A DNA stretch of 64,000 nucleotides, from the NCBI GenBank assembly GCA_016296065.1, contig JAEDKA010000002.1, positions 39,493-103,492 of the forward strand, given 5' to 3'. The DNA is from Kiritimatiellia bacterium (GTDB taxonomy: Bacteria > Verrucomicrobiota > Kiritimatiellia > RFP12 > UBA1067). Below the pieces are notes generated by a model that was not told the DNA's origin, searched no databases, and saw only the letters and a list, made by a program, of their open reading frames with translations. This document shows positions 29,292 through 37,877 of the stretch, one piece after another; the stretch's first letter is position 1, and each line of letters begins with the position of its first letter. The translations under genes were made by a program, and so were the position numbers.

Positions 29292-30452
29292 ATCAGTTAC
29301 TTCGCTCGAATAGCGCTTTTTAATTGCCTTAATATATTGCTCGTCCATCTCAATTGTGAACGACTCACGATTGAGATGCTCAGCTGAAATCATTGTGGCT
29401 CCACTTCCGCCAAAAGGGTCAAGTACTTTGTCGCCAGGATTAGACGATGCCTTGATAAGGCGTTCAATCAATTTAATAGGTTTCTGGGTTGGGTGATATC
29501 GCTTCTCGCTATAAAAATCAATATCGGTCCACACGTCGCTATACCCCATTAAAGGATTGAAAGTCTGAACGATTTTATCGTAGGGGAAATTGAAATCAAG
29601 AATATCTTGAAGTTTGGCCCAGATTTCTCTGGTTGGGAATTGTTCACAAATATTCTTTCCTGTGTATATTGACCACATTCCTCCGCCATTTGACTTAACA
29701 CCTAGACGTTCATTAATTTCTTTTGATGTCAGCCCAAGTGCCTTTTGTCGCTCTTTTAGCAAATTTCTGGAGAATTCAATGTTGCTCTTTGTCAAGAATA
29801 AGATACTCTCTGTAACGCACGGGAACATCTTGTAGTTCTTGGTTGCTCTGCCCGCAACGGCTTTTATCCCCTTGTCAACTATTATCTGCTGGCGAAGGGA
29901 GAAGCCAATGTCTCGTAATGTTGGCAAGAGCAGGGCAAGCATCCTGAAATATCCAAAGAGATAGAAGGTTCCACCAATGCGCAATTTTTTATATACATCT
30001 GTCATCCACTGCTTCGACCATTCAATATAATCTTCTTCTGTCCTCCATTGGTAATCCCATTTTTCTCCAATCACTTTCCAATATGGAGGATCGGCGATAA
30101 CTAGATCCATTGTGGGAATTTCTTTACACTTCAAGACTTTAAGGCAATCTCCTGCATAAAGAGTGTGGCGACCTAACCTTGAAGTATGAAGTTCAAATGG
30201 CGACGAATCGTTGATAGATGGAGAGGCAATAGAGATTTGCTGATCTTTTTTAAGACGTGTACGCTTGCTATGAATGGTTTGATCGCTTTGTGTATCTTGT
30301 TTGATAGCATTGTCAGCGATAACTAGCTCTGGCAATGTGCTTGCAACACCCAATGCTACATTCTTGCAAAATGACCTTCTGCTGAGACTTTTATTTCCCG
30401 AAGGCCCGATTCGTTTATTGCTTTTAATTGTTTCTAGATTTGAATTAGACAT
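29274..30452 (-). CDS. DNA methyltransferase, beta-class N6-adenine/N4-cytosine (DPPY before FGGSG)
   Basis: IADPPYW (motif IV) followed by DPFGGSGAT (motif I); low GC. Confidence 0.85.
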   Translation of the reverse strand: MSNSNLETIKSNKRIGPSGNKSLSRRSFCKNVALGVASTLPELVIADNAIKQDTQSDQTIHSKRTRLKKDQQISIASPSINDSSPFELHTSRLGRHTLYAGDCLKVLKCKEIPTMDLVIADPPYWKVIGEKWDYQWRTEEDYIEWSKQWMTDVYKKLRIGGTFYLFGYFRMLALLLPTLRDIGFSLRQQIIVDKGIKAVAGRATKNYKMFPCVTESILFLTKSNIEFSRNLLKERQKALGLTSKEINERLGVKSNGGGMWSIYTGKNICEQFPTREIWAKLQDILDFNFPYDKIVQTFNPLMGYSDVWTDIDFYSEKRYHPTQKPIKLIERLIKASSNPGDKVLDPFGGSGATMISAEHLNRESFTIEMDEQYIKAIKKRYSSEVTDLLPLG

Positions 30453-30473
30453 GCTAAGACCTTGTTTGAGCTA

Positions 30474-30674
30474 CTATTTTACGATGTCAACAATGTCTCC
30501 AATATTGCAATTCATTACCGTGCATATACGCTTAAGAACGGACATGCTTACATCGTCTCCGCGCGTCATTTTCGCAATGGTAAATGATGATATGCCGGTC
30601 GCATGTCGGAGATCGGTCTTGTTCATGTCCTTGTCAATTAGCAGCTTCCACAGCTTTTTATATGAAACACTCAT
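30474..30674 (-). CDS. HTH XRE-family controller (C) protein of the R-M system
   Basis: 66 aa; helix-turn-helix LRHATGISSFTIAKMTRGDDVSMSVLKRI; 21 bp upstream of the MTase on the same strand. Confidence 0.6.
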   Translation of the reverse strand: MSVSYKKLWKLLIDKDMNKTDLRHATGISSFTIAKMTRGDDVSMSVLKRICTVMNCNIGDIVDIVK

Positions 30675-30926
30675 TTGCTACTCTTGTCTTATGCATATAA
30701 GATGATTTGTGGTTATTATAACAAAAAAACGGCTGAATCACAATAGGGGTTGCAATCATTTCCAAATTTGATATTTGTACAAACTAATGCAATGTTTGGA
30801 GATGCTAACGTCTAGTTTGTATTGGGGGTCAGCGTTATTCTTCGCGAATCTCCGCGCATCCTTGAAGAACTTCTGTTTGATTCAATCACAAGTGCGACGA
30901 CATAAGATTTGGTATAATGCACAGCA

Positions 30927-31853
30927 ATGGTAAAAAGTTGGCTATCGGCAAGTGTTGCTATCGTGATTTGGGGCGTGACGTTCGCCTCGACGCGGGTGCT
31001 ACTGGAGGAGTTCTCGGCGCTTGAGATCAACATCGTGCGGTTCGCCCTTGCGTGGGTGGCGCTCGCATGCGCGGCAAAAGTGCCGCGGAAGGGCGGGGTG
31101 TGCGCGGCTCCGTGGTGGCTGTTCGCGGCGATGGGCTTCACGGGCGTGTTCGCCTACCAGTTCCTCGAGAACTGCGCGATCTACTATACGAACGCGAGCA
31201 ACGTCGCGATACTCGTCTCGTTCGGGCCGGTCGTTACGGCCATAATGGCGCGGGCGCTGACAGCAGACCGCTCGCTTTCGCCGCGGCTCATCTTCGGGTC
31301 GCTAGTGGCGGTTGTTGGCGTCGCGTTCGTCGCACTGAACGGCGTCGTCAACTTTCAGCTGCGTCCGCTTGGCGACGCGATGGCGCTCTGCGCGATGGTA
31401 AGTTGGGGCATCTACTCCGTCCTCATCGAGAAGGCGAACCGACTTGGCGTGGAGCCGATTGTAGCCGTCAGGAAGTCGTTCGGCTGGGCGCTACTTATGA
31501 TGCTTCCGTTGGCTGTTTGGGGCGTTACGCCTTCCGGATTTGTCGCGCTCGATGGATCGTATTCCGTCACTATTGACGCCGACGCGAACCTTGACCGCTT
31601 TGCCTCGTTCTGGAATTGGGTCAACCTGGGCTTTCTCGGCGTTCTGGCGTCCGCTGCATGCTTCGTCCTCTGGAGTCGCGCGTGCAGGGTCATCGGCATG
31701 GTGCGGACAACGATTGGCCTTTATCTCACGCCAGTTGTCGGCGTGGCTTTTGCGGCGTTGTTCCTGAAGGAGCGGCTTACTTGGCTTTCGGTCGCCGGCG
31801 GAGTTCTTATTCTCGGCGGCGTGGCGATCGCGAACATGAGAAGGGAGGCGTAG
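30927..31853 (+). CDS. EamA/DMT-family transporter
   Basis: ten predicted TM segments; two EamA-like halves; promoter gatttggtataatgc. Confidence 0.8.
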   Translation: MVKSWLSASVAIVIWGVTFASTRVLLEEFSALEINIVRFALAWVALACAAKVPRKGGVCAAPWWLFAAMGFTGVFAYQFLENCAIYYTNASNVAILVSFGPVVTAIMARALTADRSLSPRLIFGSLVAVVGVAFVALNGVVNFQLRPLGDAMALCAMVSWGIYSVLIEKANRLGVEPIVAVRKSFGWALLMMLPLAVWGVTPSGFVALDGSYSVTIDADANLDRFASFWNWVNLGFLGVLASAACFVLWSRACRVIGMVRTTIGLYLTPVVGVAFAALFLKERLTWLSVAGGVLILGGVAIANMRREA

Positions 31854-31855
31854 AA

Positions 31856-32170
31856 ATGAGAGGCGTGATATTCCTGATGGCGTTTACGGTCGCGTTGTCT
31901 GCGTGCGCGGGAGACGAGACAAAGGTCGTCTTGTCTACGAACGACGTCGCTGCGGTGGTGCAGCGCGTCCAGTGCCATTCCGTCACGAAGTCCGGCAACA
32001 GGTGCAAGCGCAAGGCGGCGCCCGGCAAGCTCTATTGCCGCCAGCACGCAGCGCAGTCGTCTGCGGCGAAGCCGGCGGAGACTTGTGCCTACATTTCCGA
32101 CGACGGGAAGCGCTGTGCGGCGTCTGCCGCTTCTGGCAGCCGATTCTGCGCCAAGCACCAGGACAAGTGA
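31856..32170 (+). CDS. small lipoprotein with duplicated Cys/His zinc-ribbon-like motif
   Basis: lipobox LSAC; two repeats C-x(8,9)-C-x10-C-x2-H. Confidence 0.5.
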   Translation: MRGVIFLMAFTVALSACAGDETKVVLSTNDVAAVVQRVQCHSVTKSGNRCKRKAAPGKLYCRQHAAQSSAAKPAETCAYISDDGKRCAASAASGSRFCAKHQDK

Positions 32171-32309
32171 CCGCGGCAAAAGTGCCGTGGAAGCGATGAA
32201 AATTCTCCGCCCAGTTTTAGATTCGATTTGGTACAATATTTCTTGTCAGGAGGGGTGTGTGGCAGAAGATCGTCCACAAAAGTGAAACAATGTTGGTGGA
32301 GTAGCGGAA

Positions 32310-32450
32310 ATGGCGATGCCGCAGAGAGACGATACAATAGAGGCGATCAAGCGATTGGACGCGTTACTTGAGTATGCCGTCATGCATGGTGACGCGGCAG
32401 AGGCCGAGCGCATCCGCGCGGAGCTTCGCAAATTGACGGACGATATCTGA
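32310..32450 (+). CDS. small hypothetical protein (46 aa)
   Basis: ORF below the ORF-track size cutoff; RBS gagtagcggaa; promoter gatttggtacaatat at 32228. Confidence 0.25.
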   Translation: MAMPQRDDTIEAIKRLDALLEYAVMHGDAAEAERIRAELRKLTDDI

Positions 32451-32476
32451 TCTCCGCGGCGGAAGTGCCGCGCATT

Positions 32477-32532
32477 TTGTCGCTCGGCTGGCGACATGGG
32501 GCGGGGCGGGATTTGGTAGAATAGGCGGCGAA
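32477..32532 (+). promoter_or_regulatory. island promoter-operator cassette A (palindrome TTGTCGCTCGGCTGGCGACA + G-rich spacer + TTTGGTAGAATAGGCGGCGAAA)
   Basis: one of six near-identical cassettes; -10 TAGAAT at 32516; the right half-site overlaps a -35-like TGGCGACA. Confidence 0.6.
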
Positions 32533-32559
32533 ATATCAATGACAGGAAAGGAGAAGAGC

Positions 32560-33915
32560 ATGACGGCATACTTTGAAATTCGAACATCCGACGGCAATCA
32601 ATATGTCTGGCCGGAACCGCTCGGAGACAAGGGCGAGGCGCGGCTTGTAATAGAGAAGGTCGGCCACTCGGTGGAATGCGGGCTGCTGTTTGCGTACACA
32701 GACAACTATCCGTACATTGACCTTGAGTTTAACTCTGGCACTGTCCACTATGTCATAAATCATCGGCATTCGCGTCTCTATTGGGATGGATGCGTATGGG
32801 CGCGCAATTCTATAGAAGATGTCCGCTACTCACTGCCTGACCGCGTGCGGCTTTGTGTCAATGGCCGATATTTTCAGGATGTTGACTATGAGGAATTTGC
32901 GCGGGTTGTTCGGAATACGAAATCCGGTTTCGGAGAGCCGCAATACAGGTGTTCCGTGGTGATAACCGATCCGAGAGTGCGCTTTTTGGCGCTAGCTTCC
33001 CTTGCCTATTTTGACGTCAATGGTGGAAGGGCGAAATGTGAGCTTTACAAGCGAATGAACCCGACTTGCCAGGAGGCATTGGCGGCATTGCGGAGGTTTG
33101 GCCTTGACGTTGGACTCGGTCCCAACAAGGCGGATGAGCGGACCGTGTACGGACATCTTGAAGATTTCAGTGCCGCAAGCATGAAGGAGACCCCGGCTCA
33201 AATTCTTGGTCGAACAATACCTCTTAGAGTTGAATGTGAAGGTCTTTTGGAGCCTGGTAATCTTGGGTCTGGCACTTTGACTTTGAGTCTCTCGAATGAA
33301 CAGACGGGTGTAGTGCTGCGAGGAGTTGAGATGGTTGGGGGAATCCGCAGGAATTATGCATTTAGAGTCCCGACAGAGTGGGCTCGGAAAAGTGTCGTGA
33401 ACATAATAGAGAAGATTTCGGTTTCACCCACGATGCCGGCAGATCGTGAGGGATGCACAAGCCAAAATGTCTTAAGGATATTCAAAGGAGACAGCGCGTT
33501 TTCGCTATCATGGGGTGGGGTTGTCGGTGGTACTTGGCATCCGCTTGTGCGAATGGCCAGGAAGCTCAGGCTCGTCTACGACATGCTGAAAGAGGATGCT
33601 GCAGAGGGTGTTGAAGAGTCCGATATACGCCTCATAGGCGAGTTTAAGATTGCGCATGCTCACGTGAAAGACCAGAATGAGGCGTTTGCGGTGTTCCCTG
33701 CGGGGAAGCGGGTATTTCTGCGTTGCGGTGAGGACGGGGCGAATGTAGTGTTCGTGCAGGGCAGTGAAGATGGAGATGTTCTCGGTGAGGTTCCTACCGT
33801 GTTTGGCGATGTTCACAGCGCACTGCTAAACGGTTGTCACAGTGTCACTGCAAGAATCGAATCGCCATGCAGCCATCAGGGTAAACCTTCGGCTTGCGTT
33901 GTGGTTGTCGAGTGA
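32560..33915 (+). CDS. hypothetical protein (452 aa), cassette-driven
   Basis: RBS aggaaaggagaag; no recognisable domain by eye. Confidence 0.6.
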   Translation: MTAYFEIRTSDGNQYVWPEPLGDKGEARLVIEKVGHSVECGLLFAYTDNYPYIDLEFNSGTVHYVINHRHSRLYWDGCVWARNSIEDVRYSLPDRVRLCVNGRYFQDVDYEEFARVVRNTKSGFGEPQYRCSVVITDPRVRFLALASLAYFDVNGGRAKCELYKRMNPTCQEALAALRRFGLDVGLGPNKADERTVYGHLEDFSAASMKETPAQILGRTIPLRVECEGLLEPGNLGSGTLTLSLSNEQTGVVLRGVEMVGGIRRNYAFRVPTEWARKSVVNIIEKISVSPTMPADREGCTSQNVLRIFKGDSAFSLSWGGVVGGTWHPLVRMARKLRLVYDMLKEDAAEGVEESDIRLIGEFKIAHAHVKDQNEAFAVFPAGKRVFLRCGEDGANVVFVQGSEDGDVLGEVPTVFGDVHSALLNGCHSVTARIESPCSHQGKPSACVVVVE

Positions 33916-34147
33916 TGAAATTCAACAGACCAAGGTACTTTGGCGATAATGGCCGGGGTTTGGTAGAATAGGCGGTGTATGGCGGAGTCCATGCCAGGGA
34001 TGGTTCTCGCAGCGCTGTTCCACGATTGCTGCAAGAGGGGGATGCCTGGCGATAGGGGATAATTGGGGGCCTGGCACGGGGTGTGCTAATAGTCTGGTGT
34101 GTGCGCGGCGGTTCGCGTGCGAAGGAAAACGAAAAGGAGGTTCGGCT

Positions 34148-35479
34148 ATGAGGCAGGTTAATGTTAAGATCGGTGACATCACCGAGGAAACGGTTGATGC
34201 AATTGTGAATGCGGCGAACCGCAGCATGCTTGGCGGCGGCGGGGTGGATGGCGCTATACACAGAGCAGCGGGGCCGCAGCTCAAGTCCGAATGTGAAAAG
34301 TATCCACCAGATGCGCATGGGTATCGTCTAAAGACAGGAGAGGCGAAGATTACGATTGGATGCAATCTTTCTGCGAAGTTCGTGATACATACGGCGGGGC
34401 CGGACTGCAGTGAGGTTCGTGATGCTGCTGAGCAGGATCGGCTGCTGACGGCATCGTGGCGCAACTCCCTTGCCATTGTCGCCGAGCGTGGATTGAAGTC
34501 CGTCGCGTTCCCGTCAATTTCGACCGGAATCTATGGTTTCCCTAAGGAACGGGCGGCAAAGATCGCCGCTGCCGAAGTAGCCAAGTTCCTCGCCGACTAT
34601 CCCGATGTCGAAGTGCGGATATGCCTGCTGGGTCACGATGCCGAGTCGACGAAACGGCTTTACGAGGATGCGTTTGCCCATTCAATGCCCACGTCATTTC
34701 CTACCATTTCCGTTTCCAGACGAGCCCGGTTCCCGGATGAACTTTCATACGATGTCATTGCAGGTGAGTTTAGGCAGACAGCGAACGGTGCAACGTGTCC
34801 GCGTCATGGGTATATCGATGGCGTTCACTACATTGCGAAGTGCGAGACATTCCAGCAGTTGGTGAATCGCCCCAAGACCACTTCGGAAAAACATGTTCAC
34901 AACGAGTTCGTCGCGGACGGGGTGATTCGCGGCATGGGGTTTAATGTCCCGGAGAGTAGAGAGTATAGGACGCGAGAGAATAGAGTGCTCGTTCGCCTTG
35001 CCAAGTTCATCGCGCCAACGAGTCCTCTCTGCAATGCCTGGAATGCTGCAGATAGTGAAGCGAAAGAAGCGATACGTCGACAGGTGGTTGCGGCATATCC
35101 ACTTCTGCATCTGATTGCCGGATTTGATACGTTCCAGAACGACAATGTCATTGTAACAGAGGATGGGAAACTGTGGTTTGTTGACAACGGTGCATCGTTT
35201 GGGTGGAGCGCTATGGGAGCGTACGACAAGTACTACAAATACAGTGGGAGAACAGATCCAGACGATTCCCAATATGGCTTTCTTTCGTTGCGTAATCATC
35301 CAGGGCAAAAGTTGCTTCAGAGAGTTCTGTCGGGTGTAGCGGATGCGGAACTGTGGGCTGGGGCGGCTAAGCTTGACGTCGACAGGTTCGTCTCGCTGCT
35401 TCCTGCAGACGAATATGACGTATCATCCATTCGCACCTATGCAGAGACTCTCGTAAGAGAGGCAAAAAAGCATTGTTGA
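34148..35479 (+). CDS. MacroD-type macro domain fused to a C-terminal PI3K/PI4K-like (atypical kinase-like) domain
   Basis: N-terminus: VDAIVNAAN, GGGGVDGAIHRAAGP, VIHTAGP, AFPSISTGIYGFP (MacroD catalytic motifs). C-terminus: LIAGFDTFQNDNVIVTEDGKLWFVDNGASFG aligns with the PI3K catalytic and activation loops (GDRHxxN…DFG). Confidence 0.75.
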   Translation: MRQVNVKIGDITEETVDAIVNAANRSMLGGGGVDGAIHRAAGPQLKSECEKYPPDAHGYRLKTGEAKITIGCNLSAKFVIHTAGPDCSEVRDAAEQDRLLTASWRNSLAIVAERGLKSVAFPSISTGIYGFPKERAAKIAAAEVAKFLADYPDVEVRICLLGHDAESTKRLYEDAFAHSMPTSFPTISVSRRARFPDELSYDVIAGEFRQTANGATCPRHGYIDGVHYIAKCETFQQLVNRPKTTSEKHVHNEFVADGVIRGMGFNVPESREYRTRENRVLVRLAKFIAPTSPLCNAWNAADSEAKEAIRRQVVAAYPLLHLIAGFDTFQNDNVIVTEDGKLWFVDNGASFGWSAMGAYDKYYKYSGRTDPDDSQYGFLSLRNHPGQKLLQRVLSGVADAELWAGAAKLDVDRFVSLLPADEYDVSSIRTYAETLVREAKKHC

Positions 35480-35658
35480 TTGAATGATGTATGTTGTTCC
35501 ACTGGCGAGATGTGGAAGGGTCGACCACCGGCCGGCCAGGATTGTGGCGCGCTCAGTGATCGCGCAACGGCGTGGCACAATGAGGTGGAGCTTCCAGCTC
35601 CTCCCGTCCGGGCACGTGGCGCGGCGAGACGCCGCACCTCCTTGTCTGTCGCATGAAA

Positions 35659-35714
35659 TGTCGCTCCGCTTGCGACATGGGGTGCGGCGGGATTTGGTAG
35701 AATAGGCGGTGAAA
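35659..35714 (+). promoter_or_regulatory. island promoter-operator cassette C
   Basis: TGTCGCTCCGCTTGCGACA + tggggtgcggcgggat + TTGGTAGAATAGGCGGTGAAAG; 15 nt upstream of the CYTH gene ATG. Confidence 0.6.
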
Positions 35715-35728
35715 GAAAGGAGAGTCAG

Positions 35729-36205
35729 ATGGCGCTTGAGATAGAGAGGAAGTTCCTTGTGAAGGGCGACGGATGGCGCGGGCTGGCGCAGCCGGAGCTG
35801 ATGAAGCAGGGGTATGTGCCGACCGAGAACCACGTGACGGTGCGAGTGCGGACGGCCGGGGTGAAGGCGTGGATAACGTTGAAGACGCCCGCGAAGAATC
35901 TCGTCCGTCAGGAGTTCGAGTACGAGATTCCGATCGCGGACGCGGAGGCCATGCTGAAGTCGATGTGCGGAAATGTCGTGGAGAAGAAGCGATACAGGAT
36001 TCCGGCTGCGGAGCACAGGCTCGCCTGGGAAGTCGACGAGTTCCTCGGCGCAAACGCGCCGCTCGTCACGGCGGAGATTGAGCTGCCAAGCGCGGAGTTT
36101 GCCGTCCAGCTGCCGGAATGGGTTGGCCGCGAGGTCACAGAGGAAAACCGCTTTAAGAACAACCGCCTAGCGGAGCGGCCTTATTCGGCTTGGTCGAATG
36201 TCTGA
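35729..36205 (+). CDS. CYTH-domain protein (CyaB/ThTPase triphosphate-tunnel family)
   Basis: N-terminal EIERKFLV motif diagnostic of CYTH; 158 aa. Confidence 0.75.
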   Translation: MALEIERKFLVKGDGWRGLAQPELMKQGYVPTENHVTVRVRTAGVKAWITLKTPAKNLVRQEFEYEIPIADAEAMLKSMCGNVVEKKRYRIPAAEHRLAWEVDEFLGANAPLVTAEIELPSAEFAVQLPEWVGREVTEENRFKNNRLAERPYSAWSNV

Positions 36206-36291
36206 AATTTCGCTTTGGCGGCGCGGAGATCTGAGTCTCCTGGCAATTGGAGCCTACGAGCAGATTTTCTCCGCGCGCCTTTTTCTTGCAC

Positions 36292-36350
36292 TTGTCGCTC
36301 CGTTGGCGACATGGGGTGGGATGGGTTTTGGTAGAATAGGCGGCGAAAAG
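36292..36350 (+). promoter_or_regulatory. island promoter-operator cassette D (orphan: no ORF downstream)
   Basis: TGTCGCTCCGTTGGCGACA + tggggtgggatgggtt + TTGGTAGAATAGGCGGCGAAAAG. Confidence 0.6.
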
Positions 36351-36445
36351 AGTCGAAAACGAGTAGCCTTTTCGCGGGTGTAATCCGTCACTTCGACTGC
36401 CCCCGAGTGCGAACCGCCATGCGGTCGGGGGCTTTCTATTTGGCG
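36343..36445 (+). ncRNA. candidate ~100-nt small RNA transcribed from cassette D and ended by an intrinsic terminator
   Basis: predicted TSS after TAGAAT; internal hairpin GCGAAAAG…CTTTTCGC; terminator GCCCCCGAGTG…TCGGGGGC + TTTCTATTT at 36398-36445; longest ORF is 20 aa. Confidence 0.35.
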
Positions 36446-36584
36446 GACTATGTGCTCCCTGTGTCTCGCGCGAGATTAGTCTGAATCCAATTCTTCGAGC
36501 GCCGATTCGGCTTCCTCCTGCTCGCGAAGACGCTCCTCGTCCTCTGTGGTCCATTCCGTCTCTGCATTGATAGGAGGCCGGACG

Positions 36585-36752
36585 CTACTTCTCCGGGGTC
36601 ACTCTCATAGCGCGTTGCCACTCGCCGGAGTCGTCCCAGCCGTCCGCCGCCTTGCGGATCCGCTTTGCCCTTGCCTCGATCGAGCGCTTCCGCTCCGCCT
36701 CCGTCCATGTCGGAGGATTCCAGTGATAGGATGTAGTTCCAGAGTTGCTCAT
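36585..36752 (-). CDS. small hypothetical protein (55 aa, Trp-rich)
   Basis: MSNSGTTSYHWNPPTWTEAERKRSIEARAKRIRKAADGWDDSGEWQRAMRVTPEK; RBS gaagggaa; below the ORF-track size cutoff. Confidence 0.3.
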   Translation of the reverse strand: MSNSGTTSYHWNPPTWTEAERKRSIEARAKRIRKAADGWDDSGEWQRAMRVTPEK

Positions 36753-36961
36753 GTTGCGTTCCCTTCGAGGCTGCGAACTCTTCTCGGGTGAAGCGCGGAT
36801 GCCTCAGTTCGCCAGTCTCAAGCCCGCGCATCACCGCCTTCAGCTTTTCCTGGTTCACGTTGGGTAGTGTAGCATTTTTCCCTTGAGCAGTCAACGAGTG
36901 CAGGGCGGTTTTCCGGGCTTCGCGTTCATTTCTTCGGAAACTACGATAGCGGGTCGGGAAA

Positions 36962-37020
36962 TGTCGCTCCGCTGGCGACATGGGGAAGGATGGGGTTTGG
37001 TAGAATAGGCGGCGAAAGGA
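36962..37020 (+). promoter_or_regulatory. island promoter-operator cassette E
   Basis: TGTCGCTCCGCTGGCGACA + tggggaaggatggggt + TTGGTAGAATAGGCGGCGAAAGG. Confidence 0.6.
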
Positions 37021-37033
37021 AAGGACTGAAAAC

Positions 37034-37699
37034 ATGAAACAGGAACTGATCGACAAATTCAATGCCGTGACCGACGAGACGGTCGAGGACTACTGCAAGG
37101 CGAAGGACGGCGGATTCTGCTGGCTGTGGTTCCTTGAGCGGGCGCGGCTGAAGATCATGGAGAGCGGATACCTTCCGCAGCAGGGAACGGCGCTGATCGA
37201 TGCTCGCTACAACAATTCGGCGGATGCGGTCCTGAACGGACTGCTCTGCGCGGCGCGTTCGGTGGAGAGCCCGGCGATCCAGGCGACCAAGGTCCAGCCG
37301 TGGGAAGGCGGGGACCTGGAGCGGTGGAAGCAGGGGCTGCTGGCGTTTTCCGCGATGATGTTCGACGCCGGATGCGTCGCCGCGTACACGCGCGGATACG
37401 AAGACGGGTTCGATCCGGTGGAGGCGAACGCCCCCGCGGCGATTTTCGGCGACGTGGGGTTTACGGGGCTACGCGTCAAGGCGTCGGCATTCCTCCAGGA
37501 GGTCGGCGGGGAGCAGGCGAAGGATCTTGCAGGGGAAATCGGAGACTGCGCGTGCTCGCACCTCTATGCCGACCGGCATATCGTCGAGTGCGCGTTCAAG
37601 GAGGGTGCGGCACTGCGCGAGGCGTATTTTCGCGGGGTCTGCAAGGCGGCATACGTTGTCGGCGCGCTTTTTGCCGAGTTCGTCGCCGCCGGGCGCTGA
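37034..37699 (+). CDS. hypothetical protein (221 aa), cassette-driven
   Basis: ATG 14 nt after the cassette; no recognisable domain. Confidence 0.55.
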   Translation: MKQELIDKFNAVTDETVEDYCKAKDGGFCWLWFLERARLKIMESGYLPQQGTALIDARYNNSADAVLNGLLCAARSVESPAIQATKVQPWEGGDLERWKQGLLAFSAMMFDAGCVAAYTRGYEDGFDPVEANAPAAIFGDVGFTGLRVKASAFLQEVGGEQAKDLAGEIGDCACSHLYADRHIVECAFKEGAALREAYFRGVCKAAYVVGALFAEFVAAGR

Positions 37700-37806
37700 A
37701 CGATGGTAATTCTTTTTGCATTCGCCACGAGCGGAAAGGCTTCCGCCGGGTGCCGCCGATACGGCATGACTGATTGGGGAACGGCCGCCCCCAGGCGAAT
37801 GCATTT

Positions 37807-37865
37807 TGTCGCTCCGCCGGCGACAAGGAGATGGACGGGGTGTGGTAGAATTTGCGGTGGAAAGA
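37807..37865 (+). promoter_or_regulatory. island promoter-operator cassette F
   Basis: TGTCGCTCCGCCGGCGACA + aggagatggacggggtg + TGGTAGAATTTGCGGTGGAAAG. Confidence 0.55.
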
Positions 37866-37877
37866 TGAGGTCTTGGC

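Noticed and set aside
32477-32495. Island palindrome as an NrtR or LexA operator
   Set aside because: NrtR sites are GT-N7-AC (found instead at 21902-21916). The island palindrome is TGTCGC-N7-GCGACA with different spacing, and no recalled LexA consensus matches. The regulator is left unassigned.
36448-37062. 204-aa minus-strand ORF (and similar ORFs 35553-36053(-), 32246-32587(-)) containing the peptide FRRLFYQ[IT]P..PMS.AER
   Set aside because: The shared peptide is simply the reverse-frame translation of the repeated promoter-operator cassette. These ORFs read through intergenic cassettes and are artefacts.
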